Part shown: one piece after another, positions 36,731-47,263 of the stretch
How the letters are laid out: every line of letters starts with the position of its first letter
Position numbering within the stretch: position 1 is the stretch's first letter
Assembly: GCA_041661795.1 (NCBI GenBank)
Contig: JBAZTS010000001.1
Coordinates: 39,459-103,458, forward strand
DNA: 64,000 nucleotides
Origin: Minisyncoccota bacterium
Lineage (GTDB): Bacteria > Patescibacteriota > Minisyncoccia > UBA6257 > JAGOQP01
Reading direction: 5' to 3'
Program-made: the position numbers and the translations under genes
The notes under the pieces: model-generated
Seen by the model: the letters and a program-made list of their open reading frames with translations, nothing else
The model's database searches: none
What the model was told of the DNA's origin: nothing

Positions 36731-37126
36731 ATGACAAACAAGACAAAGAACGGACTAGACAAGACGTTCCAGAAGGTCCTAAAAACACCGGCTGGTTTTG
36801 ATTTTTTTATGGCAATTCATGACTTTATTGAGCATATTGAACTCAACGCCTCCCTTCTAAAAGACCTCTCATCCCGACTCAAAATAAACAAAGATTTGAA
36901 AATTCCGGGGAAATACGAGCATTTGAAGAAAATTTATCAGGGTTTAGAGGACATCAACAATAAATCCAAGTCCGATTTAGGACATAATAGATATGTTGTG
37001 ATTGTGGAGCTAAATAAAATCAAAAATAAGGACGTTTCGGAAAGTAATTTCTTTTGGAAAAAAAGAGAGTTGTTCAGAAAATCAGTGACTGAAATATATA
37101 ACCGACTAGTTCCGGAATTAGCATAG
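36731..37126 (+). CDS. hypothetical protein
   Basis: 131-aa ORF preceded by TGATAGAAT extended -10. Confidence 0.7.
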   Translation: MTNKTKNGLDKTFQKVLKTPAGFDFFMAIHDFIEHIELNASLLKDLSSRLKINKDLKIPGKYEHLKKIYQGLEDINNKSKSDLGHNRYVVIVELNKIKNKDVSESNFFWKKRELFRKSVTEIYNRLVPELA

Positions 37127-37151
37127 ACAAATATAAATTGTATTAATAAAT

Positions 37152-37547
37152 ATGAAAAATAAAATAATTTATGTAGTTTTGACAGTTATTGTAGTTATAA
37201 TTGCCATTGTATTGTTCGCTGGTAAAAATAACAATCCTCAACCAGAAAATAATCAAACCAACGATCAGATAATAGAAAATATTCCCCAAGAAAATAACCC
37301 AGCCAAAATCAACGAATACACTCTTTTGCAGATATCGGGACATAAAGATGCTACAAGTTGCTGGAGCGCTGTTAATGGAGGAGTTTATGATTTAACTTTG
37401 TGGATTGCCAATCACCCTGGAGGACAGAAAGCCATATTAAAAATTTGTGGAAAAGATGGGTCAGCTGCTTTTAACAACCAGCACAGAGGGATGGCAAAGC
37501 AGGAAGCAACGTTAAAAACGTTTAGAATTGGAGATTTGGTTTTGTAA
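37152..37547 (+). CDS. cytochrome b5-like heme/steroid-binding domain protein
   Basis: SCW..VYDLT.W...HPGG...GKDG..AF...H; N-terminal TM. Confidence 0.9.
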   Translation: MKNKIIYVVLTVIVVIIAIVLFAGKNNNPQPENNQTNDQIIENIPQENNPAKINEYTLLQISGHKDATSCWSAVNGGVYDLTLWIANHPGGQKAILKICGKDGSAAFNNQHRGMAKQEATLKTFRIGDLVL

Positions 37548-37558
37548 ATAGACAAGCT

Positions 37559-37645
37559 AAACAGGCATTTGTGTCCATCGGGGGCTTGTCCTCGTTCCGA
37601 TAAGTCGAAACTGCGGGGCCCCACTCAAAACACAAATGCCTGTTT
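37559..37645. repeat. 87-bp element with perfect 16-bp terminal inverted repeats
   Basis: aaacaggcatttgtgt ... acacaaatgcctgttt around a GC-rich core. Confidence 0.75.
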
Positions 37646-37668
37646 TTTATATAGATAGAATTACGGAA

Positions 37669-37697
37669 TTGACTTTTGTGGCGGAATAATTTAGTAT
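37669..37697 (+). promoter_or_regulatory. sigma70 promoter of the second RRM gene
   Basis: TTGACT-17 bp-TAGTAT, followed by a ~140-nt leader with a tcacaacctaa/ttaggtgtga hairpin. Confidence 0.6.
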
Positions 37698-37845
37698 CTT
37701 AATAATGCAAGTAAATCCATCACAACCTAAACAACTGTTAGGTGTGAGGATAAATTGGTTTTCTCCCTCTTTACACAAATAAATAAGTGTAAGTGGTCAA
37801 GTAGAAAAATTATTAAGTCGGCTTGCTAAAAAATTTGTGCAAAGA

Positions 37846-38106
37846 ATGGCTAAGAAATTATATGTAGGAAATCTTTCCTACGAAACGACTGATGAAAAAT
37901 TGAAAGAAATTTTTTCTGAAGTTGGAGCCGTTGATTCCGCTTCTGTCCTTGTGGACAGAATGACCGGAAGATCAAGAGGATTTGGATTCGTCGAAATGTC
38001 TTCAGATGACGAAGCTCAAACCGCTATTGACACACTCAACGGAAAAGATGTTGACGGAAGAAAATTGACCGTTAACGAAGCTAGACCTCAGGAACCAAGA
38101 AGATAA
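37846..38106 (+). CDS. RRM RNA-binding protein
   Basis: MAKKLYVGNL and RGFGFVEM; paralog of 36294-36656. Confidence 0.95.
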   Translation: MAKKLYVGNLSYETTDEKLKEIFSEVGAVDSASVLVDRMTGRSRGFGFVEMSSDDEAQTAIDTLNGKDVDGRKLTVNEARPQEPRR

Positions 38107-38173
38107 GAGGTTTGGAAATCAAAAAGAGCTCGAAAGGGCTTTTTTTGATTTGTTTTTATTTTGAATATATAAT

Positions 38174-38668
38174 ATGACCATGGATACACAATATAAAAGA
38201 CCCTCTTGGGATGAGTACTTTATGGAAATAGCCCAAGTTGTAGGCAAAAGATCAACTTGCGACAGAGGTAAAAGAGGTTGCGTTATTACTCGCGACAAAC
38301 AAATTTTAGTAACCGGATATGCTGGATCACCCAAAGGATTACCGCACTGTGATGATATGGGGCATCTTTTTAATGAAACAACACACGAAGACGGATCTAA
38401 AACACAACATTGCGTCAGGACAACTCATGCCGAACAAAATGCCATAGCTCAAGCAGCAAAATTGGGAATAGCCATTAATGAGGGAACTTTGTATTGTACC
38501 GTAACTCCTTGTTTTATTTGTGCAAAGTTGCTTATAAACTCTGGAATAAAAAGAATCGTTTGTGCTAAAAAATACCAAGCGGCTATAGAGTCAGAAAATA
38601 TGTTTAGACAAGTAGGAATAGAACTCAGTTATTTTGATGAATCAGTTGAACAATACGAAAAACAATAA
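38174..38668 (+). CDS. dCMP deaminase (ComEB family)
   Basis: RPSWDEYFM, HAEQNA and PCFIC zinc motifs. Confidence 0.93.
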   Translation: MTMDTQYKRPSWDEYFMEIAQVVGKRSTCDRGKRGCVITRDKQILVTGYAGSPKGLPHCDDMGHLFNETTHEDGSKTQHCVRTTHAEQNAIAQAAKLGIAINEGTLYCTVTPCFICAKLLINSGIKRIVCAKKYQAAIESENMFRQVGIELSYFDESVEQYEKQ

Positions 38669-38681
38669 AACTGAAATAATA

Positions 38682-39215
38682 TCACAAAGGATCTTTTATT
38701 TTTTCGGGAGAATTTCTTGATTTTTCTATTTTTTTTGCCAACATAGAAGTTATTTGCTCAATATCTTTGTCGGGCAAAAGAACAATAAATTCGTGTGATA
38801 TTCTATTAAGACAATTTAATATTTGTTCCGAATCGCTACCCAATGTATATGTCTCATCCACATGAAGATGAAGAGAGCTGATTCTTAGTATTTTTTCCAA
38901 TCTATTTTTAGTAACATAAACCGAATCTACTTTGTGGTAAGGAACGGCATCGCTTTTGGTTGATGTAGTTCCGCATTCAATAACAAATTCGGAATCTAAA
39001 AATTCATACCCGGAAAACTTTGACCTTAAAAGAGCGACAAAAAGTCCGGATACAAAAACAGCCAGCCACAAAAGAATAAATATGTAACTGGCTTTAACTA
39101 TAAAAAGAAAGATAATCCCTACGATAAAGACAAAAGCGAGTCGAATTAGAACATCCAAAAAGTAGAAGCATTTGGCCTTATAACACAATCTATGGATGTG
39201 TTGGAATAGAACCAT
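38682..39215 (-). CDS. bacterial PH-domain (bPH_2-like) membrane protein
   Basis: Two TM helices then Y...G......VPY.KV..V......LE..L pattern. Confidence 0.6.
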   Translation of the reverse strand: MVLFQHIHRLCYKAKCFYFLDVLIRLAFVFIVGIIFLFIVKASYIFILLWLAVFVSGLFVALLRSKFSGYEFLDSEFVIECGTTSTKSDAVPYHKVDSVYVTKNRLEKILRISSLHLHVDETYTLGSDSEQILNCLNRISHEFIVLLPDKDIEQITSMLAKKIEKSRNSPEKIKDPL

Positions 39216-39501
39216 AATAATAAGGAGTGTAGTAATATTCTTTTACAGAACTAAAATCATTATACCAGTAGTTCCTAAAAGAACAATCATTGGACTCAAA
39301 AGCCCCCGGATAATTTGATTGGTTCTGAGAGCAAATATCAACCCCGTTTTGACCAACTACTGTATCAAAACCTAATGTATAATTGGGATTATAGATTGAG
39401 GCGTATTGATATCCACCTCCAAAATTACCACCAAAAACAATGGCCAAAAAAGCAACTAACGCAATTAAGGCGAATATTCCAAATTTATGTCTGTTTTGCA
39501 T
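39190..39501 (-). CDS. hypothetical exported Tyr-rich protein
   Basis: N-terminal TM, 103 aa. Confidence 0.55.
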   Translation of the reverse strand: MQNRHKFGIFALIALVAFLAIVFGGNFGGGYQYASIYNPNYTLGFDTVVGQNGVDICSQNQSNYPGAFESNDCSFRNYWYNDFSSVKEYYYTPYYYGSIPTHP

Positions 39502-39568
39502 AGTGATATTATTCTAAATACTGCCTTTATATAATATCACAAATGGAATGGATATGCAATACCACTTG

Positions 39569-39964
39569 TTATTTCTTTTTAGAAAGGATTTTTTTGATAT
39601 CTACTACGTCTTTATGAATTTCTTCAATGTTTGACATAATCTTTTTCAAACGAAGATCTTCCTCTCTTATTTCTTTCTCAGTTTTTTCGTCCGTTTTCTT
39701 TTCTTCTTTTAATCCGGAGATTAAAAGCTGTTCTCCAATAAAGAAAGAAACCAACGTTCCAGTAAGAAGCATAATAACCACACTAACAACAATAGCAATC
39801 CAAGGAGTTATAAAACTAGACGAGCTTACCAACCCCTCCACTCCGCTCCAAAACAAAACTATTCCAAAACCGCCTATTAAAGCATAAAAAATAGGATGCT
39901 TACTTAAGTTGTGTCTTATTTTATCTTCTAACTTATCAAAAAATCTTACAATGAATTTAAACAT
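39569..39964 (-). CDS. hypothetical two-TM protein with coiled-coil tail
   Basis: FDKLEDKIRH.LS..PI.YALIGG.GIVLFW. Confidence 0.75.
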   Translation of the reverse strand: MFKFIVRFFDKLEDKIRHNLSKHPIFYALIGGFGIVLFWSGVEGLVSSSSFITPWIAIVVSVVIMLLTGTLVSFFIGEQLLISGLKEEKKTDEKTEKEIREEDLRLKKIMSNIEEIHKDVVDIKKILSKKK

Positions 39965-39981
39965 AAAATACTATTATTTTG

Positions 39982-40054
39982 TCCGCCCACCAGGATTCGA
40001 ACCTGGGACCCTCTCCTTAAAAGGGAGTTGCTCTACCAACTGAGCTATGGGCGG
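39982..40054 (-). tRNA. tRNA-Lys(TTT)
   Basis: ccgccca/tgggcgg acceptor stem, loop ctTTTaa, GTTCGAATC T-arm; CCA not fully encoded. Confidence 0.93.
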
Positions 40055-40076
40055 ATATTTAGAAATATACCACCCT

Positions 40077-41207
40077 TTACTCTTCCTTTTCAAGTTCTTT
40101 GGCCAGTTCCTTGGCTATCTTTTGGGCCTGGTGGTTTATTTTTCTAGGCGTCTTAAGAGAGATTTTGACTATTAGATCCCCTCTTTTGGATAACCCAAAA
40201 GAACCGCCTGATTTTTTATACATACCCTCTCCTTTGGCTATGATTTCTCCACCGATAACAAAGCTCTGAGGAATTTCTATTTTAGTCTTTTCTCCGCTTA
40301 TAGTTTCTATCTCTATTTTATTCTCCAATAAAATATCGGATACAGAAACAGTTTTTTTAATAATTAAATTATCACCATCCAATTCAAAATTTTTATCAGG
40401 CAATATGTTTATTTTAATATAAAGATTACCACCTCCAACACCTCTTAATCCGGCCTCCCCTTCTCCATCAATTTTTATCATCTGCCCATTATATATTCCC
40501 GGCTTTATTTCAACGATAATCTTTTTCTGAGACATAATTCTTCCGGCTCCGGAGCATTCACTGCAAACTTTATTTGGTGCCTCACCAGTTCCAAAACATT
40601 CCTGACATTCCCTAACCTGAACAAAATTCCCAAAAAAAGACCTGCGCTCTTCTTTTATTTTTCCAGAACCATTGCAATTTTGACAAGTTTTTGTTCCGGC
40701 TGACTTATCATATCCGGCGCCAAAGCATTTTTTACAAGAAACAAATGTCTTAAAAGATATTTCTTTTTTCATTCCAAAAAACGCCTCTTTTAGAGATATG
40801 TCTAATATTGCCTGGATATCATTTCCCTTTGTTTTAGCTCCTGATTTTCTGTCTCCACCAAAAAAACTTCCAAATATATCCCCGATATCTCCGAAATCAT
40901 CGAGGTCATTAAAAGAAAAATTATTAAAGTCAAAGCCACTACCGGAGGAAAAACCTCCAAAAGGACCCCCTGCTCCAAACGGATCGCCACCCATCCCCGA
41001 GTCAGAGAATCCTTTTCCAAATCTATCATATTGGCTTCTTTTCTTTTTATCTGAAAGAACCTGATAGGCCTCGTTTATCTCCTTAAACTTCTTTTCATCA
41101 CCCCCTTGTTTGTCAGGGTGATATTTATGAGCCAATTTCCTGAAGGCCTTTTTTATTTCATCTTCAGATGAGTTTTTGGTAATTCCTAAAATTTCGTAGT
41201 AATCCAT
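40077..41207 (-). CDS. dnaJ: chaperone DnaJ
   Basis: J domain with HPD, G/F region, four CxxCxGxG repeats; start set at MDYYE. Confidence 0.96.
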   Translation of the reverse strand: MDYYEILGITKNSSEDEIKKAFRKLAHKYHPDKQGGDEKKFKEINEAYQVLSDKKKRSQYDRFGKGFSDSGMGGDPFGAGGPFGGFSSGSGFDFNNFSFNDLDDFGDIGDIFGSFFGGDRKSGAKTKGNDIQAILDISLKEAFFGMKKEISFKTFVSCKKCFGAGYDKSAGTKTCQNCNGSGKIKEERRSFFGNFVQVRECQECFGTGEAPNKVCSECSGAGRIMSQKKIIVEIKPGIYNGQMIKIDGEGEAGLRGVGGGNLYIKINILPDKNFELDGDNLIIKKTVSVSDILLENKIEIETISGEKTKIEIPQSFVIGGEIIAKGEGMYKKSGGSFGLSKRGDLIVKISLKTPRKINHQAQKIAKELAKELEKEE

Positions 41208-41211
41208 AAAA

Positions 41212-41282
41212 TTAGTAGCTAGTATTTGGTAGCTCGTATTCAGTATCATACAAGATACACGCTACAAACTACAAGATACAAA
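41212..41282. repeat. inverted pair of degenerate heptamer tracts
   Basis: agtagct/agtattt/ggtagct/cgtattc followed by atacaag/atacacg/ctacaaa/ctacaag. Confidence 0.6.
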
Positions 41283-41283
41283 A

Positions 41284-42276
41284 TTACGGCAGAGATATTG
41301 TTTCTTTGCTTCTGTTTTCAAAAACTACCGCTCCAAAACCGATAGCTAAAAGTACTTGATAAATTACAAGACCAAAAAACGAAGCGACTATTCTAATTAA
41401 AGGGGAAACCGCTTGGACAGCTAAGAAAAGAAGAACCGCCAACACCGTTAAAACTGAGGATTTAGACGACCCACCCAAAGAATTAAATTTATTAATTATT
41501 CCCTGATAAATAGCTAAAGAAAGTTTGATATTGGGGTCTAAATTAATTCCCAACATGGAAGAAAATTGTTTTTGATAAGCGTCGGTGCTTTTTTTTATTA
41601 AATCATTTTTTATGGCAGGAGGAATACTCTGGTCAACAAGTTTAGCGGTAATTTCGTTTAAAGATAGAGAAAAATCAACGTCTCCTAAGAACTTACCTAT
41701 AATCCCAGATATTCCCCTAAAACTTGATTCAAAAACGTTTTGAGGAAGAAAAGGATTATTATTATCCAAAGGACGCGTAAGAAAACTGTTATAAACCAAA
41801 AAAGAGGAAAAAATAGCTATTCCGATTATGACTCTGGACATTATTGGTTTTACTATTCTAAAAAATTTTATTTTTAAACATCCGTCTATTTCATTTCTTC
41901 CCATAATGACCGAAACCATTAAAAACCCAGCCAGAATTAATCCGGCTATTGCTATTCTCTGATTTAGATCCGGTAAGAAAACAACAAAAATAAAAACAGC
42001 GGAAAGAAAAGCTATGAGCGTCATAAAACTATTTCTTGACACAAACAGCGAAGTAACGGAAAAAAAAGATAAAAAAATTAGTAGAAAAATAAGAAGGAAA
42101 AAACTGTCACCTGTCATATTATTTGACAGTCCAAAGAGAACTTTTTTAAGAAAAAAACCAAAAGCAAGAGCCGAAACGCAGGTAAACAATCCCAATAAAG
42201 ATGCTTTCCAATAGGAAAATCTACCCTCATAAACACTAAAAGATTCTTCCTTGGGAGGAGATGAGTTTTCAATCAT
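41284..42276 (-). CDS. hypothetical multi-pass membrane protein in the dnaK operon
   Basis: About 7 TM segments; start set at MIENSS to avoid overlapping dnaK. Confidence 0.7.
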   Translation of the reverse strand: MIENSSPPKEESFSVYEGRFSYWKASLLGLFTCVSALAFGFFLKKVLFGLSNNMTGDSFFLLIFLLIFLSFFSVTSLFVSRNSFMTLIAFLSAVFIFVVFLPDLNQRIAIAGLILAGFLMVSVIMGRNEIDGCLKIKFFRIVKPIMSRVIIGIAIFSSFLVYNSFLTRPLDNNNPFLPQNVFESSFRGISGIIGKFLGDVDFSLSLNEITAKLVDQSIPPAIKNDLIKKSTDAYQKQFSSMLGINLDPNIKLSLAIYQGIINKFNSLGGSSKSSVLTVLAVLLFLAVQAVSPLIRIVASFFGLVIYQVLLAIGFGAVVFENRSKETISLP

Positions 42277-42322
42277 AAGAATAGGGGTTAGGGTAAAGAG
42301 GTTAGGGTATATAAAATAGAAA

Positions 42323-44182
42323 TTAGGAATCAGAATTTTTATCACCTTCTCCCGTTCCCTTATCCTGATTATACATCGTTTGCCCTATTTTTTGAAGCTC
42401 CGAAGAAAGCTCCGAAGAAGAAGATTTTATTTCTTCAACATTTTCTCCTTTGAGAGTTTCTTTAAGTTTTTCTATCTTTCCAGATATGGAATCTTTTATT
42501 TCCTGAGATATCTTTTCTTTCCATTCTCCCAAATTTTTCTCGGCTAAATAAACAAGTTGCTCCCCTTGGTTTTTTGATTCTATCAACTCTTTTTTCTTTT
42601 TGTCTTCTTCCGCATGAATAGCCGCTTCATTTTTTAACTTTTCAACTTCATCTTTAGAAAGCTGGGTAGAGGCCTCAATTCTTACGGTCTGAACTTTTCC
42701 AGAGGCCTTGTCTTTGGCAGAAACGTTTAAAATTCCATCGGCATTAATATCCAAAGAAACTTCAATCTGAGGAACACCTCTTGAAGACGGTGGAATGCCG
42801 TCTAAAATAAATCTTCCTAAAGTTTTATTGTCAGTGGCCATGGGTCTTTCTCCTTGTAAGATGTGGATTTCAACCGAGGTCTGATTGTCAGCGGCGGTGG
42901 AAAATATTTGGGATTTAGACGTGGGGATGGTTGTATTTTTTTCTATAATCGGAGTAAAGACGCCACCCAATGTTTCTATACCCAAAGACAAAGGAATGAC
43001 ATCCAAAAGTAAAACATCTTTTACATCTCCCTGAAATATTCCAGCTTGAACTGCCGCTCCAATAGCAACCACCTCATCAGGGTTTATCCCTTGGTGAGGA
43101 TCTTTGCCAAAAAGTTTTTTAACTTCCTGTTGGATAAGAGGCATTCTGGTCTGACCCCCAACTAAAATCACCTCGTTGATATCGGAAATTGAGATTTTGG
43201 AATCCTTAATAACCTGTTTAACCAAATTAATTGATTTTGTAACCAGATCTCCTATTAAATCTTCCAATTTAGCCCTGGTCATTTTCATAAGAAAATGTTT
43301 TGGACCGTTGGCATCAGAACTTACATAGGGAATATTAATTTCAGTTTCCATAACGGTAGAAAGCTCATGTTTAGCTTTTTCAGCCGCTTCTTTTAATCTC
43401 TGGGTCGCTAAAGGATCTTTAGATAAATCAACTCCTTCGGATTTTTTATATTCACTGACTAAATAATCCATCACAATTTTATCTATGTCATCTCCTCCCA
43501 AGTGAGTATCTCCTCCCGTTGCTTTTACTTCAACCGTCTGTTCTTTTGTTTCCGAATCATATCCAATTTCAAGCACCGAGATATCAAAAGTTCCTCCTCC
43601 AAAATCGTACACCGCAATTTTCTCGTTTTTCATCTTATTTGCCCCGTATGCAAATGCCGCTGCGGTAGGTTCGTTGATAATTCTGCGAACCTTTAAACCG
43701 GCGATTTCTCCGGCATTTTTTGTCGCCTGTCTTTGAGCGTCATCAAAATACGCGGGAACGGTAATAACCGCCTCTTCTATTTTCTCTCCGGTTTTGGCTT
43801 CGGCATCGGCTTTGAGCTTGGCTAAAATCATAGCCGAGATTTCCTCCGGTTTATACCATTTATCAGCCATATTTATTTCCACTCCTCCGGAAGAAGATTC
43901 TTTCATGTCAAAAGGAAGCCACTTAGCATCATGCTGGACCTCACTGTCGGAAAATTTTCTCCCAATCAAACGTTTAACAGAAAAAATAGTGTTTTTGGGA
44001 TTTACCACCGACTGGCGTTTAGCCAAAAGTCCCACTAATCTTTCTTGCGCTTTGTTAATAGCCACAACCGATGGAGTAGTTCTATTGCCGTCGGTGTTTT
44101 CTAAAACCTTAGGTTCTCCTCCCTCAACAATCGCCATTGCTGAATTAGTTGTACCCAAATCAATACCTAGTATTTTTGACAT
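42323..44182 (-). CDS. dnaK: chaperone DnaK
   Basis: [25 protein letters not shown] and [11 protein letters not shown]. Confidence 0.98.
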   Translation of the reverse strand: MSKILGIDLGTTNSAMAIVEGGEPKVLENTDGNRTTPSVVAINKAQERLVGLLAKRQSVVNPKNTIFSVKRLIGRKFSDSEVQHDAKWLPFDMKESSSGGVEINMADKWYKPEEISAMILAKLKADAEAKTGEKIEEAVITVPAYFDDAQRQATKNAGEIAGLKVRRIINEPTAAAFAYGANKMKNEKIAVYDFGGGTFDISVLEIGYDSETKEQTVEVKATGGDTHLGGDDIDKIVMDYLVSEYKKSEGVDLSKDPLATQRLKEAAEKAKHELSTVMETEINIPYVSSDANGPKHFLMKMTRAKLEDLIGDLVTKSINLVKQVIKDSKISISDINEVILVGGQTRMPLIQQEVKKLFGKDPHQGINPDEVVAIGAAVQAGIFQGDVKDVLLLDVIPLSLGIETLGGVFTPIIEKNTTIPTSKSQIFSTAADNQTSVEIHILQGERPMATDNKTLGRFILDGIPPSSRGVPQIEVSLDINADGILNVSAKDKASGKVQTVRIEASTQLSKDEVEKLKNEAAIHAEEDKKKKELIESKNQGEQLVYLAEKNLGEWKEKISQEIKDSISGKIEKLKETLKGENVEEIKSSSSELSSELQKIGQTMYNQDKGTGEGDKNSDS

Positions 44183-44210
44183 AATGATTAAAAATATTAA
44201 TTTATAAAAA

Positions 44211-44789
44211 TTATTTTGCTACTTTTACTCGAGACGGTCTTACTAATCTTCCATTGAGAGTATATCCCTTTTCTATTTCTTCAATAATGGTTCCGGAAGG
44301 TTTATCCGACTCTATGGAAATAACAGCTTCTTGCAGAGCGGGATCAAAATTTTGTCCGGTTGAAACGACAACTCTTTCCAATCCGTATCTTTTTAAAACA
44401 TCCTCCAGTTGGGCCCTGATAAGAAAAACTCCTTTTTCCACCCCAGTAGTAGAACTTTGTTCACTACCGGGCTTCGCTTCGCTTGCTTTGTTCATATCCG
44501 TATCAATCCGCGCTTCAGAATCTGTGTTAATCCGCGTTTGGCGTTCCAACGCCAAAATGGCTAAATCAAAACTATCAAGAACCAAAACGGCATCTCTAAT
44601 TATTTGTTCATTGGCAAACTTTAGAACCGCTTCAAATCTTTTAGATTCATCTTTCTTATAATTAGCCAAATCCGCCTTGGCCCTCTTCCAGCCATCCAGA
44701 TATTCCTCGGCCTGTTTTGCAATATCCTGACCTTGAGTTGGCTGGTCTTGTTGATTTGAGTTATTTTTGTCTTGTTCGTCTTGTGGCAT
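44211..44789 (-). CDS. grpE: nucleotide exchange factor GrpE (with internal insertion)
   Basis: [19 protein letters not shown] and [14 protein letters not shown]; upstream of dnaK. Confidence 0.93.
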   Translation of the reverse strand: MPQDEQDKNNSNQQDQPTQGQDIAKQAEEYLDGWKRAKADLANYKKDESKRFEAVLKFANEQIIRDAVLVLDSFDLAILALERQTRINTDSEARIDTDMNKASEAKPGSEQSSTTGVEKGVFLIRAQLEDVLKRYGLERVVVSTGQNFDPALQEAVISIESDKPSGTIIEEIEKGYTLNGRLVRPSRVKVAK

Positions 44790-44798
44790 ACCAGTAGA

Positions 44799-44826
44799 AT
44801 TTTAGTGATTTTGAGGCCATTGTCAA
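44799..44826 (-). promoter_or_regulatory. grpE-dnaK promoter, near-leaderless
   Basis: TTGACA-16 bp-TAAAAT, 9 nt before the ATG; no CIRCE seen. Confidence 0.55.
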
Positions 44827-44900
44827 CAGGCGCTTTTTGTTAAATCACTCTTATCCATGTATAATTAGGTAATTAATATTTAACCATAAAAATCATAAAT

Positions 44901-45812
44901 ATGATTATAAAAAAAGGGAAAGTTCAATGGATCAACCTGGTAAAACCGACAGAAAAGGAATTAATATCCTTAAAAAAAGAGTATGGTTTTCACCCTATTA
45001 TAGTAGATGAGTTAAGAACCACTTCAGCCAGATCCAGAGTAGAGATATACGATGATTATATGTACATCATCTACCATATGCCGATATTTGACTTACAGGA
45101 AAAGGTTTCTCGTAAAGCAGAGATAGATTTTCTTATCACTAAAAAATCAGTTATTTCGGTAACTTATGAAGATTTGGAACCAATAGAGTTAATTTCCAAA
45201 AAAATAGAAACCGACAACAACTACAAAGAAAGAATTTTAAACGGAGATACCGCTCGTTTGCTTTATTATCTTTTAGAGGCCTGCTTAATCAACGGACTAA
45301 GACAGCTAAGACACGTAGATGAAAAAATAGAGGATATTAGAAATAAAATATTTAATCATCAAGAAAAAGAACTTTTAGAAAAAATCTCATATGTGAAAAG
45401 AGATTTGTTGAGTTATTTTTTGATTACCAAATCCCAAATCAGTATATTCAATTCTTTAAACAAAGTCGGCCCTGATTTTTTTGGAGAAAAATCTACCGTG
45501 TATTTGTCCGACCTTGAGGGAGATTTCTTAAAAAACATTCAACTTTGTGAAAATTACAAAGAAACAATTGAGGCCTTTGAAAGCACCAACACCCAGCTCC
45601 TGACAATAAAAATGACCAAAGTTATGCAAAGATTTTCGGTCTTGGCATTCTTAACTTTCCCCATAATGGTCTTTTTGGCTCTCTTTACCATAGATTCCAA
45701 TTCTCGACCGATTATTGGACATATTCAGAACGACTTTTGGGTTATGGCGGGAATAGTAGTTCTGGCAATCGTCGTAATGGTGACTATATTCAGGAAAAAG
45801 GATTGGCTGTAA
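44901..45812 (+). CDS. corA: CorA family divalent cation transporter
   Basis: WINL..P, FHP...D and two C-terminal TM helices; GMN motif replaced by FTID. Confidence 0.8.
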   Translation: MIIKKGKVQWINLVKPTEKELISLKKEYGFHPIIVDELRTTSARSRVEIYDDYMYIIYHMPIFDLQEKVSRKAEIDFLITKKSVISVTYEDLEPIELISKKIETDNNYKERILNGDTARLLYYLLEACLINGLRQLRHVDEKIEDIRNKIFNHQEKELLEKISYVKRDLLSYFLITKSQISIFNSLNKVGPDFFGEKSTVYLSDLEGDFLKNIQLCENYKETIEAFESTNTQLLTIKMTKVMQRFSVLAFLTFPIMVFLALFTIDSNSRPIIGHIQNDFWVMAGIVVLAIVVMVTIFRKKDWL

Positions 45813-45870
45813 AACAGTATACCGGGTACCGTATAACGTATACCGTATATTAAATGCAAGAATACTAATT

Positions 45871-47253
45871 ATGCGAATATTAGACACATTGACTGGTAAA
45901 AAGGTTGGAATAAAAAAAACGGCTAAACCGCTTAAGTTGTTTGTCTGTGGACCAACCGTTTATGATTATCCTCACATAGGAAACGCCAGAGTTTTTGTCT
46001 TTTTTGATATTTTTGTCAGATATTTAAAATCGTTAGGCTGGAAGATTTTCTATCTCCAAAACATAACCGATATAAACGACAAAATTATAGATAGAGCCAA
46101 AAGAGACGGAATGAGATGGTCCGAAGTTTCAATAAAATTTGAAAAGATATACCATAAAAACGAGGAGAGTTTAGGAATAAATTCGGTTACCAAATACGCC
46201 AGAGCCACCGATTATATACCTCAAATAATAAAACAGTTAAAAGCCCTAATAAACAAAGAGTACGCTTACAAAATAGAGAGAGATGGATATTATTTTGACG
46301 TTTCCAAATTCAAGGACTACGGAAAATTATCAAAGAGAAATTACTTGTCGGCCGAGGATGCCACTTCAAGGATTGATGAAAGTATAAAAAAAAGAAATAA
46401 AGGAGATTTTTGTTTGTGGAAATTTTCAAAAGCTGGCGAGCCCTCCTGGGACTCTGATTTCGGCAATGGAATGCCTGGCTGGCATATAGAAGATACAGCT
46501 ATAACCGAATATCATTTTGGACCTCAATATGATATTCATGGCGGAGCGGTTGATTTAAAGTTTCCTCATCATGAAGCGGAAATTGCCCAACAAGAAGCGG
46601 CCTCCGGCAAAAAACCATTGGTAAAAATCTGGATGCATCCCGGGTTCCTTTTGGTTGATGGTAAGAAAATGTCAAAAAGTTTGGGAAACTTTATAACCAT
46701 AGATGATTTTTTAAAGACACACAGCGCCGATGTTTTTAGATATATTGTTCTTTCTCATTACTACCGCTCCCCCATTGATTACAGTGACAAATTAGCCAAT
46801 CAATCAAAAAATTCACTACACAATTTACAAAACTTCATATTAAAACTTGGGATGTTAAAGACCAACGGAAACGTATCCAAAAAAATAAAAAATGCGATTC
46901 TGCTGTCATCTAAAAAATATGCCAAGGCCATAGATGATGATTTTAATACTCCACTGGCTTTATCAGAAATATTTACCCTAATAAAAAATACTGAGAAAAT
47001 TATATGGAAAATGAACGCCAAAGAAAGCCAGTTGGTTAGGGACTTTATATTGAAGAACCTTGGTATTTTGGGAATAAACATAGAAAAAAGCATCAGAATA
47101 CCTCAAAAAATAAAGGATTTGACCAAGGCAAGAGAGTTATTAAGAGGAAATGAACAGTTTGTCCAGTCAGACGTATTGCGTCAAAAGATAAATGAGTTAG
47201 GATACAATGTAGAAGATACTCCGCTTGGTCAACTAGTTACCAGAAAATCTTAA
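45871..47253 (+). CDS. cysS: cysteine--tRNA ligase
   Basis: CGPTVYDYPHIGNAR, PGWHIE, DLKFPHHE and KMSKS. Confidence 0.96.
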   Translation: MRILDTLTGKKVGIKKTAKPLKLFVCGPTVYDYPHIGNARVFVFFDIFVRYLKSLGWKIFYLQNITDINDKIIDRAKRDGMRWSEVSIKFEKIYHKNEESLGINSVTKYARATDYIPQIIKQLKALINKEYAYKIERDGYYFDVSKFKDYGKLSKRNYLSAEDATSRIDESIKKRNKGDFCLWKFSKAGEPSWDSDFGNGMPGWHIEDTAITEYHFGPQYDIHGGAVDLKFPHHEAEIAQQEAASGKKPLVKIWMHPGFLLVDGKKMSKSLGNFITIDDFLKTHSADVFRYIVLSHYYRSPIDYSDKLANQSKNSLHNLQNFILKLGMLKTNGNVSKKIKNAILLSSKKYAKAIDDDFNTPLALSEIFTLIKNTEKIIWKMNAKESQLVRDFILKNLGILGINIEKSIRIPQKIKDLTKARELLRGNEQFVQSDVLRQKINELGYNVEDTPLGQLVTRKS

Positions 47254-47263
47254 ATTTTAAATT

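Noticed and set aside
37575-37625. Hammerhead ribozyme
   Set aside because: GAAAC is present but the CUGANGA core is not
44790-44900. CIRCE heat-shock operator upstream of grpE
   Set aside because: No TTAGCACTC-N9-GAGTGCTAA and no hrcA in the window
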